Below are positions 46,128 through 54,534 of a stretch of DNA of 64,000 nucleotides, in pieces. The notes below the pieces were generated by a model that was not told the origin of the DNA, did not search any database, and saw only the letters and a list, made by a program, of their open reading frames with translations. Within the stretch, counting starts at the first letter, position 1; every line of letters begins with the position of its first letter. Source of the stretch: an uncultured Selenomonadales bacterium (lineage in GTDB: Bacteria; Bacillota; Negativicutes; Selenomonadales; Selenomonadaceae). Both the position numbers and the translations under genes were made by a program. The DNA is taken from contig CALFJC010000176.1 in NCBI GenBank assembly GCA_937877655.1, positions 4,607-68,606 on the forward strand, read 5' to 3'.

Positions 46128-47424
46128 AGACGCTTTAAAATATCTGGATTGGCTTTGCATTTTCGGAGTAAAAGAAGGGCTCGAAAGAATCAAGGAATTG
46201 ACAGCCGCATTGGGCGAACCGCAAAATTTTTATCGGACGATTCACGTTGCGGGCACAAACGGCAAAGGCTCCGTCTGCGCGATGCTCGCCGAAATGTTGA
46301 AGGCTTCGGGCTTGAAAGTCGGCTTGTTTACTTCGCCGCATTTGGAAAGTTATTGCGAACGAATCCGTATTTATAACGGAAAAAATTTTGATGCTAGAAA
46401 TGCGCAGGCATTTCGTACCGACGCGGCAAATGACTACGATAATTTTCAAAATCCGAGCGCGACCGCTGTTTGCGCACTTTTTAAAAGTGGTGATAGAAAT
46501 ATTTCCGAAAAAGATTTTGCCGAGATGATTTTCCGCGTGAAAAATTGCAACGTAAATGCGACACATTTTGAGGTTTTGACTGCCGCCGCCTTTCTGTATT
46601 TTAAAGAACAAGCGGTTGACATTGCGGTTATCGAAGTCGGGCTCGGCGGAACTTTTGATTCTACGAACATTATCACGCCCGAAATTTCTGTTATTACGAA
46701 TGTCGCGCTTGATCACGAAAATATTTTGGGCGATTTGGAAAATATTGCGCGGAATAAGGCGGGCATTATCAAGGAAAATGTTCCTGTCGTGACAGGGGCG
46801 ACCGGCAAGCCGCTTGAGATTATCAAAAAAGTTGCCGCCGAAAAAAATTCTCCGCTATATGAAATAAATCCCTATAACCTAAAACCTATAACCTGTAACC
46901 TGAACCTGCGCGGCGATTATCAAAAATTTAATGCGGCGGTAGCGATAAAGGCGGCGGAGATTCTAAAGCTTGACAAGGCGGCGATTGAAAAAGGTTTGGC
47001 TGAAGTCGAATGGGCGGGACGTTTTGAAGTCGTCGAAACTTCGGACGGAGTTTTTGTGATTGACGGGGCGCACAATCCGCATGGCGCAAAGGCATTGCGT
47101 CAAGCTCTCGACAAAAATTTTCCGAGCGGCAAAAGAATTTGGGTTTTCGGCGCACTTAAGGACAAAAATTTTTCCGAGATGATAAAGATTTTATTCCGCG
47201 CAGATGATTTTGTTATCGTGACGCCGCCCGATTCTGAACGTGCCGCCTCAACCGAAATGCTTTGCAAATGTCTGCATGAAAATAAAATTCCCTGCGCGGC
47301 AGTCGAAAATAATTTTGATGCAGTCGAACTCCTGAAAAAATCTTCGGGCGACGTGAAAATAATCGCGGGTTCGTTGTATCTGATTGGTACGCTAAGGAAA
47401 TACATTGCGCTTGAGAAGAAGTAG
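46114..47424 (+). CDS. folC: Folylpolyglutamate synthase / dihydrofolate synthase
   Basis: Mur-ligase P-loop VAGTNGKGSV. valS-folC synteny. TTG 46114 gives an N-terminus (M)KIYEDALKYLD, typical of FolC. It overlaps the valS end by 14 nt. The track start at 46039 is too long. Confidence 0.88.
   Translation: MKIYEDALKYLDWLCIFGVKEGLERIKELTAALGEPQNFYRTIHVAGTNGKGSVCAMLAEMLKASGLKVGLFTSPHLESYCERIRIYNGKNFDARNAQAFRTDAANDYDNFQNPSATAVCALFKSGDRNISEKDFAEMIFRVKNCNVNATHFEVLTAAAFLYFKEQAVDIAVIEVGLGGTFDSTNIITPEISVITNVALDHENILGDLENIARNKAGIIKENVPVVTGATGKPLEIIKKVAAEKNSPLYEINPYNLKPITCNLNLRGDYQKFNAAVAIKAAEILKLDKAAIEKGLAEVEWAGRFEVVETSDGVFVIDGAHNPHGAKALRQALDKNFPSGKRIWVFGALKDKNFSEMIKILFRADDFVIVTPPDSERAASTEMLCKCLHENKIPCAAVENNFDAVELLKKSSGDVKIIAGSLYLIGTLRKYIALEKK
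46871..46908. repeat. Heptad array inside the folC reading frame (CCTATAA CCTAAAA CCTATAA CCTGTAA CCTGAA CCTG)
   Basis: Direct reading. It is translated as PYNLKPITCNLNL. Confidence 0.75.
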
Positions 47425-47582
47425 CGGTTGGCGAGTTCACGGGCGCACAGGACGTGCGCCCGCCGGCAACGAAAACAGGATGTTTTCTTGCCGGTCAAAC
47501 GCCCTTTTCTTTTGGCAACTTTTCTTTTGGGCGCAGCAAAAGAAAAGTTGTAAATCCTTCCACTTTTTGGAAAAAAAGGGGG
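47424..47582 (+). repeat. Multi-hairpin intergenic repeat, copy D (short variant, plus orientation)
   Basis: GCGGTTGGCGAGTTCAC, GGGCGCACAGGACGTGCGCCC, CCGGCAACGAAAACAGGATGTTTTCTTGCCGG, CAACTTTTCTTTTGGGCGCAGCAAAAGAAAAGTTG and CCACTTTTTGGAAAAAAAGGGGG. The last hairpin supplies the SD for the next gene. Confidence 0.85.
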
Positions 47583-47589
47583 CGAGAAA

Positions 47590-49176
47590 ATGAACAGAGT
47601 CAACGTCTTTGTGAGGCGGCGGCGAATAAAAAATCTGGAGCAGTGGACGCTTTACGCCATTTTGACCGAAGCATTTTTCCTCGCGCTCTCGGAAACTGTG
47701 GCGGCGGCGGCAGTCATGTTCGGCGTCATGACATGGTTTTTGCGCAGTCAAATCGATTCAAAATACAAAATTCGCTCGTTGCCCTTTGATGTGCCCGTTT
47801 CGATTTTCCTTTTAATCGGCGCGGCAAGCGTTTTGCTGTCTTCGGCGCGAAGTCTCATGCTGATTTACAATTACTGTACACTTGTCGGCATTTACGCCTT
47901 GACTTATCTAATCGTCGGACAAACAATCCGCACTCCCGCGCAGGTTAAGCAAGTCGCACAGGCACTCGGAGCTTCGGCAATTTTGGTCGTGTTATGGGGA
48001 TTTTTCCAATTCATCTTCGGAATAGACCCGGCGGACGTGAAATGGACTGATCCCGACGCCTTCCCCGAACTTAAAAAACGAATCTTCTCGACGCTGGAAA
48101 ATCCAAATGTGCTGGCGGGCTATCTGAACATTTTTATTTGCTTGTCGCTCGGCTTTTTGTCGAAGGCGGAAAAACGCTCGCAGAAATTAATTTTAATCGG
48201 CGCGATAATTTTACTCGGTACATGTTTGATAATGACTTACTCACGCGGCGCATTCCTGACATTGGCGATAGTTTTGGCGATTTACGGCTTGTGGCAGGAT
48301 TGGCGAGTTTTAATTTTGTTCGCGGCAGTCACGGCTTTAATCGGCTACAGCGACTCCGCCTTTATGAACAGAATTTTATCGACATTTACAATGAGTGATT
48401 CTTCCGAAGGCGTCAGAATAGGAATTTGGGTTAGCACAAGCGCAATGATTTCAGATCATCCCTTCGCAGGTATCGGCTGGGGAGCTTATCAATTCGTTTA
48501 TCCGCAATACAACTACTACATTTCCGATCCGAACATTATTATCTATCACGCGCACAACATTTATCTGAATTTCGCCGCCGAAACAGGGATTGTCGGGGCT
48601 TTGGCTTTTTTCTGGTACTTTTTCGGGACAATGTTTGTTTCTTTCGGCGTGAGCCAACGCGGCGCGGAAAAATGGTTTGCCGAACGCTTGGAAAAAATTT
48701 TTGCGTCAAATAATTTTTTGCAGGAAATGGCAACCATTTTTAATGAAAAGCTCGCCGTTTTCTCAAATCTGTTCTTAAATCTCTTCGCTGGGGAGAAAAA
48801 GCCGCTTAAACTTAAAAAAATTCGTCGTTCCAATGTGATTCATAACGAAGAAATGAATTTCAGCGAACATACCCGCAAAAAATTCGCCGAAACCGAAATT
48901 TCCGACGAAAAAACTTCCGAAGAAACTTCAAACGAAGAAATTTCCGACGAAAAAATTTTTACAGAATCGGAGAGAAAATCACCACTCGCTTTGAAGGACG
49001 CAATGAATATTGACGATAAAAAATTTCTCGACGGATTCAGGCTCGGTATCGGGCTGGCGTTTTTGTCAATGGCTTTGAACGGCTTTACCGACGATTTACT
49101 GTTTAATATCCCGACCTCAATGTTAATGTGGATGCTCGGTGCATTGAGCGCGGCTATTAACTTAATTAAAGAATAA
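47590..49176 (+). CDS. O-antigen ligase (Wzy_C) family membrane protein with an acidic Ser/Glu-rich insert
   Basis: Ten or more hydrophobic segments, a YSRGAFLTLAIV loop region and an acidic stretch ETEISDEKTSEETSNEEISDEK before the last TM segments. Confidence 0.7.
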   Translation: MNRVNVFVRRRRIKNLEQWTLYAILTEAFFLALSETVAAAAVMFGVMTWFLRSQIDSKYKIRSLPFDVPVSIFLLIGAASVLLSSARSLMLIYNYCTLVGIYALTYLIVGQTIRTPAQVKQVAQALGASAILVVLWGFFQFIFGIDPADVKWTDPDAFPELKKRIFSTLENPNVLAGYLNIFICLSLGFLSKAEKRSQKLILIGAIILLGTCLIMTYSRGAFLTLAIVLAIYGLWQDWRVLILFAAVTALIGYSDSAFMNRILSTFTMSDSSEGVRIGIWVSTSAMISDHPFAGIGWGAYQFVYPQYNYYISDPNIIIYHAHNIYLNFAAETGIVGALAFFWYFFGTMFVSFGVSQRGAEKWFAERLEKIFASNNFLQEMATIFNEKLAVFSNLFLNLFAGEKKPLKLKKIRRSNVIHNEEMNFSEHTRKKFAETEISDEKTSEETSNEEISDEKIFTESERKSPLALKDAMNIDDKKFLDGFRLGIGLAFLSMALNGFTDDLLFNIPTSMLMWMLGALSAAINLIKE

Positions 49177-49191
49177 GGAGGCGCGTCATTC

Positions 49192-49815
49192 TTGAAAAAA
49201 ATAATTTCGCAGGCAACGATTGACCGATTGCCGCTGTATTTTCGGACGTTGCGGCTCGTCGAGGATGAAGAAATGCAAATAATTTCCTCTGAAGAGCTCG
49301 GCAGACGTTTAGACATCACGCCGGAACAAATTCGCAAGGATCTGGCGACTTTCGGGCAATTCGGCAGAAAAGGTATCGGTTACGACGTTCATACTTTGAA
49401 AAATAATATCGGAAATATTCTCGGCTTGCAGAATAAATGGCGGCTTGCGATTGTCGGCGTGGGACATTTGGGCGGCGCGCTTGCAAATTACGTTAATTTT
49501 GCCCCGATGGGCTTTTCCGTCGTCGCTTTGCTCGATATTAATGAAAAAATCGTCGGAAATGTGATTAACGGCGTTGAAATTGACGATTCAAGCCGCATGA
49601 ACGAAGTTATTTTGAAAAAATCTGTCGATATTGGCGTTATTACCGTGCCCGCAAGTGAGGCGCAAGGTGTCGCCGAGCAATTAATTGCGGCGGGCGTCAA
49701 GGGTATTTGGAACTTTGCGCCGATAAAATTAAATGTTCCGCCCGATATTCCGCTTGTAAATGAAGATTTATCTGTCGGTTTGAGTGCTTTAAGCTATCAT
49801 ATGTCACAAAATTAA
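49192..49815 (+). CDS. rex: Redox-sensing transcriptional repressor Rex
   Basis: N-terminal wHTH (ATIDRLPLYFRTLRLV..ISSEELG), Rossmann GVGHLGGALANY and a C-terminal swap helix. Confidence 0.9.
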   Translation: MKKIISQATIDRLPLYFRTLRLVEDEEMQIISSEELGRRLDITPEQIRKDLATFGQFGRKGIGYDVHTLKNNIGNILGLQNKWRLAIVGVGHLGGALANYVNFAPMGFSVVALLDINEKIVGNVINGVEIDDSSRMNEVILKKSVDIGVITVPASEAQGVAEQLIAAGVKGIWNFAPIKLNVPPDIPLVNEDLSVGLSALSYHMSQN

Positions 49816-49831
49816 GGAGTTACGATTAAAA

Positions 49832-50059
49832 ATGATGACTGTTTTAATGATTTTGGACGCGATAATCTCAATCGCGTTGATTTTGGTAATTTTGGGGCAG
49901 GAAGCCAAGTCCGGCGGCATGGGCGGCATGGACGGCGGCTCCGATACCGTTTTTTCCGGCAAAGCTCGCGGTATGGACGCTCTTTTAGCCCGTTTAACCG
50001 TGATTTTGGGCGTTTTATTCGCGATTATCACTCTGATTATCGCTAAACTAAGCATGTAG
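49832..50059 (+). CDS. secG: Preprotein translocase subunit SecG
   Basis: 75 aa, two TM segments and a central GQEAKSGGMGG motif. Confidence 0.85.
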   Translation: MMTVLMILDAIISIALILVILGQEAKSGGMGGMDGGSDTVFSGKARGMDALLARLTVILGVLFAIITLIIAKLSM

Positions 50060-50071
50060 GAGGAAATTATT

Positions 50072-50806
50072 TTGATTCAAGGCGGAGAATCTTTCTTTAT
50101 GAAAGGCGGCGCAAGCGGCGTGTTGCTTATTCACGGCTTCACTGGGCTTCCCGCCGAACTTTTTTTGTTGGGAACTTTCCTTAACCGCGCAGATTTCACT
50201 GTTCTTTGTCCGCGTTTGGCAGGGCACGCCACTGACGAAGATAATTTAATGCGCACAACCAAAAATGATTGGTTTTACTCGGTTTTGGACGCTTTTTCCG
50301 TCCTGAGCGGCGCGTGTGATGAAATTTTTGTCGTCGGACACTCTATGGGCGGGCTTTTAACCTTAAAACTCGCCGCCGAACGTAAAATTTCTAAAATTGT
50401 CACGCTCGCCGCGCCGATTTTTATTGATGAAGGGCTCGGATTAAAAAATTTGCCGCCAAAAGAGTTTTGCGGCAATGCCTGCATTATTCAGCCGCGCAGA
50501 AAATTGTTTGATGTCCCGCCCGCCGCCAACGAAGTTTATAAAAAAACGCCGCTTATCAGCGTTCACGAATTGATTTCTTTGATTGATGACGTAAAAAAAC
50601 TCCTTCCGACCGTAAAAACTCCGATTTTAATTCTGCACGGCGAAGAAGATCATACCGCGCAGCCGCGAAGTGCCCGTTTTATCATGGATAATGTCGGCTC
50701 GGCGGTAAAAAAAGTTATTACCGTGCCGAATTCGGGACATTTATTGCCGCTTGATGAAAATCGAGAGCTTGTTTTCGAGGAAGTTTTAAATTTTTTTAGG
50801 AGCTGA
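50072..50806 (+). CDS. Carboxylesterase / alpha-beta hydrolase (YvaK/Est-like)
   Basis: HGFTG oxyanion motif and nucleophile elbow GHSMGG. It sits in the secG-est-rnr position, as in Bacillus. Confidence 0.8.
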   Translation: MIQGGESFFMKGGASGVLLIHGFTGLPAELFLLGTFLNRADFTVLCPRLAGHATDEDNLMRTTKNDWFYSVLDAFSVLSGACDEIFVVGHSMGGLLTLKLAAERKISKIVTLAAPIFIDEGLGLKNLPPKEFCGNACIIQPRRKLFDVPPAANEVYKKTPLISVHELISLIDDVKKLLPTVKTPILILHGEEDHTAQPRSARFIMDNVGSAVKKVITVPNSGHLLPLDENRELVFEEVLNFFRS

Positions 50807-50811
50807 TTACA

Positions 50812-51666
50812 TTGCAAACCAAGCAAAGCAAGTTGAGATTCGCTTTGGAAATGGCTGACGGCACTCAAGTTCGCGATATTGACGCGCTCAAAGAACATTT
50901 CGACCTTGATTCCGTTAAAAAATATTTTTCGGACGGAACTTTGCTTAAATGGCTCGAAGATCGTTATTACGAGGACGAATTGGAAGAAATTGAAAAAATT
51001 TCCCCGTTTGATAACGATTTGGGGCAAAAACTCTGCGATATTTTCGGAATAGAGTCCGAAGAAGACATTTCGCGCCGCCTTGAACGCCTTAATCGTCTTA
51101 AAACCTTCACAAACGACGAAAATATTTTGGAAAACGTCGACCAAGTCGCTTTTGACCAAGAAGATTTGGCTGATTTGCTCGATAAAGGCATTCGCGAAAT
51201 TTATCTCTGCAATAACAGATTTTCCATTCCTCTCCGCGTCAAAAATAAAATTTATATCGGCGTCGGTAAGTCTGTTGCCGTCATTCGCAGTGATAAAATC
51301 GTTGATTTCGAGACTTTGAACATCGTTTTTAGAAATATTTCCTTCAATAACGAGTATCTTAAGCTTTTAGCCGATAAAAATCCCGCAAAAATTCTCGGCG
51401 GTACCGCTGAAATTACTACTACTATCATAAATCGCGCCGGTATTCACGATAAACTCGCCTCCGCCTTCGTAAAAAAGGCTTGTTCTTTTAAATCCGATAT
51501 TAAAATCAGCGCGAAAGGCAAAAGTGTTGACGCAAAAAGTCTAATGATGCTTATGACTATCGGGCTCGCGCCCAATTTGGAAGTTACAATCGTTGCTAAG
51601 GGCGAAGATTCCCAAAAAGCCGTCGAGGAATTGAAAAATTTCATTGATTCGGGCTTTTCCGAGTGA
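50812..51666 (+). CDS. Fusion protein: unknown N-terminal domain of about 190 aa plus a C-terminal HPr-like domain
   Basis: The C-terminal 90 aa align by eye to HPr: RAGIHDKLAS versus SGIHARPA (His15 kept, Arg17 lost) and GKSVDAKSLMMLMTIG versus GKTVNLKSIMGVMSLG (Ser46 kept). AGGAG lies 9 nt before TTG 50812. Confidence 0.65.
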   Translation: MQTKQSKLRFALEMADGTQVRDIDALKEHFDLDSVKKYFSDGTLLKWLEDRYYEDELEEIEKISPFDNDLGQKLCDIFGIESEEDISRRLERLNRLKTFTNDENILENVDQVAFDQEDLADLLDKGIREIYLCNNRFSIPLRVKNKIYIGVGKSVAVIRSDKIVDFETLNIVFRNISFNNEYLKLLADKNPAKILGGTAEITTTIINRAGIHDKLASAFVKKACSFKSDIKISAKGKSVDAKSLMMLMTIGLAPNLEVTIVAKGEDSQKAVEELKNFIDSGFSE

Positions 51667-51685
51667 TTTTTAAGGAGTTGATTGC

Positions 51686-52084
51686 ATGAATGATGATTTT
51701 TGCTTCGCTTGCGGCGAAAATAATCCTTTCGGCTTGCATTTAACCTTTAATTTCGACGGAGAACGCATTTTTTCCAAAAAAATCCTGCCAAAAGAGTTTC
51801 AAGGCTATGAAGGCGCGGTTCACGGCGGAATTATTTCGACAATGCTTGATGAAACTATGTGCAAGTTCATTTCCGCCAAATATCACGAAAAATCTTTAAC
51901 GGCGCGGCTCGAAGTGCGATTTAAATACCCGACGCCGATAAATCAGGAGGTGAAAATTACTGCATGGCAAGAAAATCAGCGAAAAAACATAATAACAATG
52001 CGTTCGACGGTCGAAACGGCGGACGGCACGATAACGGCGGAGGCAACGGCAAAATTCGCGCTCTTATCGGCAAAATCAGCGTGA
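51686..52084 (+). CDS. PaaI-family hotdog-fold thioesterase
   Basis: N-terminal CFACGENNPFGLHL and GAVHGGIISTMLDETM motifs. Confidence 0.75.
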   Translation: MNDDFCFACGENNPFGLHLTFNFDGERIFSKKILPKEFQGYEGAVHGGIISTMLDETMCKFISAKYHEKSLTARLEVRFKYPTPINQEVKITAWQENQRKNIITMRSTVETADGTITAEATAKFALLSAKSA

Positions 52085-53919
52085 ATCTTAAAGGTTTCGG
52101 CTTTTTTGCGCCCGAAAAAGGCGGTTCCGACGTATTTATTGCCGCCGAAAACCTGCGCGGAGCCATAAACGGCGATAAAGTCAGAGTAAAAATTATCGAC
52201 GATTGGCACGGGCGGCGCGAAGGACAAATTATTGAGATTTTGGAGCGCGCAAAGGACATTTTCGTCGGAACTCTCAATAAAATCGGCAAAAAAACCGTCT
52301 TCATACCCGATGATAAGCGCATTACGCAAAAAATAATCCTGCCGAATCAAAAATTTCTGCCGAATACAAAGGTAGTTGTAAAAATAACGTCGTGGGAGCC
52401 TCTGCGCGGACAAATTACAGAGATTTTGGGCAAAGAAAATGCACCCGGCGTAGAAATACGCGGGATTTTGCGAAGTCACGGCGTGGAAGAAGAATTTCCG
52501 CCCGAAGTGCAAGCCGAAGCCGCCAAAATCGAACTTTCACCGAGTAAAATTGAAATTTCTTGTCGAATCGACCGCCGAAACTTAAAAATCGTGACGATTG
52601 ACGGCGAGGACGCAAAAGATTTGGATGACGGAGTGTTCGCCGCAGAAATTGACGGCGGATTTTTTTTGGGCGTGTACATTGCCGACGTGAGCCACTACGT
52701 GAAGCGGAATTCTGCGCTGGATCGAGAGGCTTTTGAACGCGGAACGAGTATTTATCCCGTCGATAGGGTCGTTCCCATGTTGCCGAAAGAATTATCCAAC
52801 GGAATTTGCAGTTTAAACGCGGGAGTAGACCGTTTGGCGATGGCTTGCGAGATGAAATTGGATTTTTCGGGCGAAGTCGTCGATTATTCGATATTTCCGA
52901 CGGTTATTCACGTTTTCAGGCGATTAAGTTATAAGGAAGTGAATAAATTCTTTGACGGCGATAAAAATTTGTCGGATTGCGCGGAAAATCTCCGAGTTTT
53001 GAAGAAAATACATGACTTGCGGAAAAAAATTCGAGAAAAACGCGGCGCGATAGACTTCGACTTACCCGAAATGAAAATATTGCTGAATTCGGCGGGAAAA
53101 CCGCTCGAAATAACCAAAAGAATACAAACATTGGGCGAATCGATAATCGAAGAGTGCATGTTATTGGCGAATGAGACGGTGGCTGAACACACAATCAAGA
53201 AAAAAATCGCGAGTTTGTATCGAATACACGAATTGCCGACGCCCGAAAAGGTTTTGACGCTGAATAATTTGCTTGCACACTTCAATTTACACATAAACAA
53301 GGGAAAAGAGCCGTCAGAATTCCAAAAAATCTTATCGAAGGCAAAAAACATGCCTGCAGAGAAAATAATAATGAGTTATGCGTTAAGAACGATGCAACAA
53401 GCGCGATATTCGCCAGAAAATCTCGGACATTTCGGGTTAGCGGCGGAATTTTATACACATTTCACGTCACCGATAAGGCGATACCCCGATTTAATGGTTC
53501 ACAGGGCGTTGAAAGGTGAAATTTTGAAGAATTTGGAAGAAACGGCGCGAAAAAGTTCGGAAAGAGAGCGACGAGCGACGGAAATAGAGCGCGAGGCATT
53601 GGATTTAAAAGCAGTTGAGTATATGCAACGATTTGTCGGACAAAATTTTGACGGAGTGATAGAAAGTGTGACGAATTTTGGGTTTTTCGTTGAGTTGGAT
53701 AACGGAGTAGACGGCTTGGTAAGGATTTCGGAGCTTGGCGGCGATTATTATGAATATGTGGAGCGGGAATTTGCGATAATCGGGCAGGCAACGGGAAAAA
53801 TGTTCAAAATTGGCGATGAAGTGCGGGTGAAATTGATTGAGGCGAACGAAAAGTTGCGGCAACTGACATTTCGGCTTATAAGCGGGGTGTCGAGCCGCGA
53901 ATTGATAGCGAAAATGTAA
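51964..53919 (+). CDS. rnr: Ribonuclease R
   Basis: N-terminal OB (LKGFGFFAPE..DVFI..GDKVRVKI), RNB domain (IDGEDAKDLDDGVFA) and a C-terminal S1 domain. The start is uncertain. It is either ATG 51964 (AGGAGG 13 nt upstream, 121-nt overlap with the thioesterase) or GTG 52081 (GTGA overlap). Confidence 0.88.
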   Translation: MARKSAKKHNNNAFDGRNGGRHDNGGGNGKIRALIGKISVNLKGFGFFAPEKGGSDVFIAAENLRGAINGDKVRVKIIDDWHGRREGQIIEILERAKDIFVGTLNKIGKKTVFIPDDKRITQKIILPNQKFLPNTKVVVKITSWEPLRGQITEILGKENAPGVEIRGILRSHGVEEEFPPEVQAEAAKIELSPSKIEISCRIDRRNLKIVTIDGEDAKDLDDGVFAAEIDGGFFLGVYIADVSHYVKRNSALDREAFERGTSIYPVDRVVPMLPKELSNGICSLNAGVDRLAMACEMKLDFSGEVVDYSIFPTVIHVFRRLSYKEVNKFFDGDKNLSDCAENLRVLKKIHDLRKKIREKRGAIDFDLPEMKILLNSAGKPLEITKRIQTLGESIIEECMLLANETVAEHTIKKKIASLYRIHELPTPEKVLTLNNLLAHFNLHINKGKEPSEFQKILSKAKNMPAEKIIMSYALRTMQQARYSPENLGHFGLAAEFYTHFTSPIRRYPDLMVHRALKGEILKNLEETARKSSERERRATEIEREALDLKAVEYMQRFVGQNFDGVIESVTNFGFFVELDNGVDGLVRISELGGDYYEYVEREFAIIGQATGKMFKIGDEVRVKLIEANEKLRQLTFRLISGVSSRELIAKM

Positions 53920-53924
53920 AAAAA

Positions 53925-53957
53925 GCCTCTCGGACGAAAGTTTGAGAGGTTTTTTTA
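53925..53957 (+). terminator. Intrinsic terminator after rnr
   Basis: GCCTCTC..GAGAGGT stem followed by T7. Confidence 0.75.
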
Positions 53958-54072
53958 TTGCTCGAAAGGAAATTTTCGATTTAAAAAACATTGACAGAAT
54001 CATTTTTTTTTATAATGCTTGCGAAGTTTTTGAGGCGGCATTGTTTCTTGATTTAAGAGAGGATGATGTTTT

Positions 54073-54435
54073 ATGAGGAAAATTGCGGTGCTGTTCATGA
54101 TTTTGTCGGGCATTATGTTCGCTTACATTCCTCAAGTTTCGGCGCAAGAAGTTTATGCAGTGACCGAAAAGAACGGCGGGAAAATCAATGATTATTACGT
54201 TGTAACCGAGTCGATTCAGCAAGAAGGTCAAGCGTTCGGGGTAACAATTCATGTTGTCGGTCAAAATCATTCGTATAATAACTATTCAAATTGGTTTTAT
54301 GCTTACATGAACGGAGCGTGGCATTTTGTTCCTGGCGGACAGCTTGCGGCGGCAATGCGAATCGACAGAATTGAAGACCCGATGTTTCGTAGCGTGATAT
54401 ACGGCGTCTTTAGTACGGCTCGCCAATACATGTGA
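54073..54435 (+). CDS. Small secreted hypothetical protein (signal peptide)
   Basis: MRKIAVLFMILSGIMFAYIPQVSA/QE is a Sec-type signal. I recognise no family. Confidence 0.55.
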   Translation: MRKIAVLFMILSGIMFAYIPQVSAQEVYAVTEKNGGKINDYYVVTESIQQEGQAFGVTIHVVGQNHSYNNYSNWFYAYMNGAWHFVPGGQLAAAMRIDRIEDPMFRSVIYGVFSTARQYM

Positions 54436-54456
54436 AAGTTTATATTGAAACAAAAG

Positions 54457-54488
54457 CCCTTCGGCAAGTGCCGGAGGGAATTTTTTTT
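54457..54488 (+). terminator. Intrinsic terminator
   Basis: CCCTTCGG caagtg CCGGAGGG followed by T8. Confidence 0.7.
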
Positions 54489-54534
54489 GAGTTTTGGGCG
54501 TTGAAATGGTAAAATCAGCGCGGGAGTTGATAAA

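Noticed and set aside
53991-54016. TTGACA ... TATAAT upstream of the small secreted-protein gene as a promoter.
   Set aside because: The hexamers are perfect, but the spacer is only 14 nt, mostly a T-run. This is outside the functional 16-19-nt range, so it is not reported as a feature.
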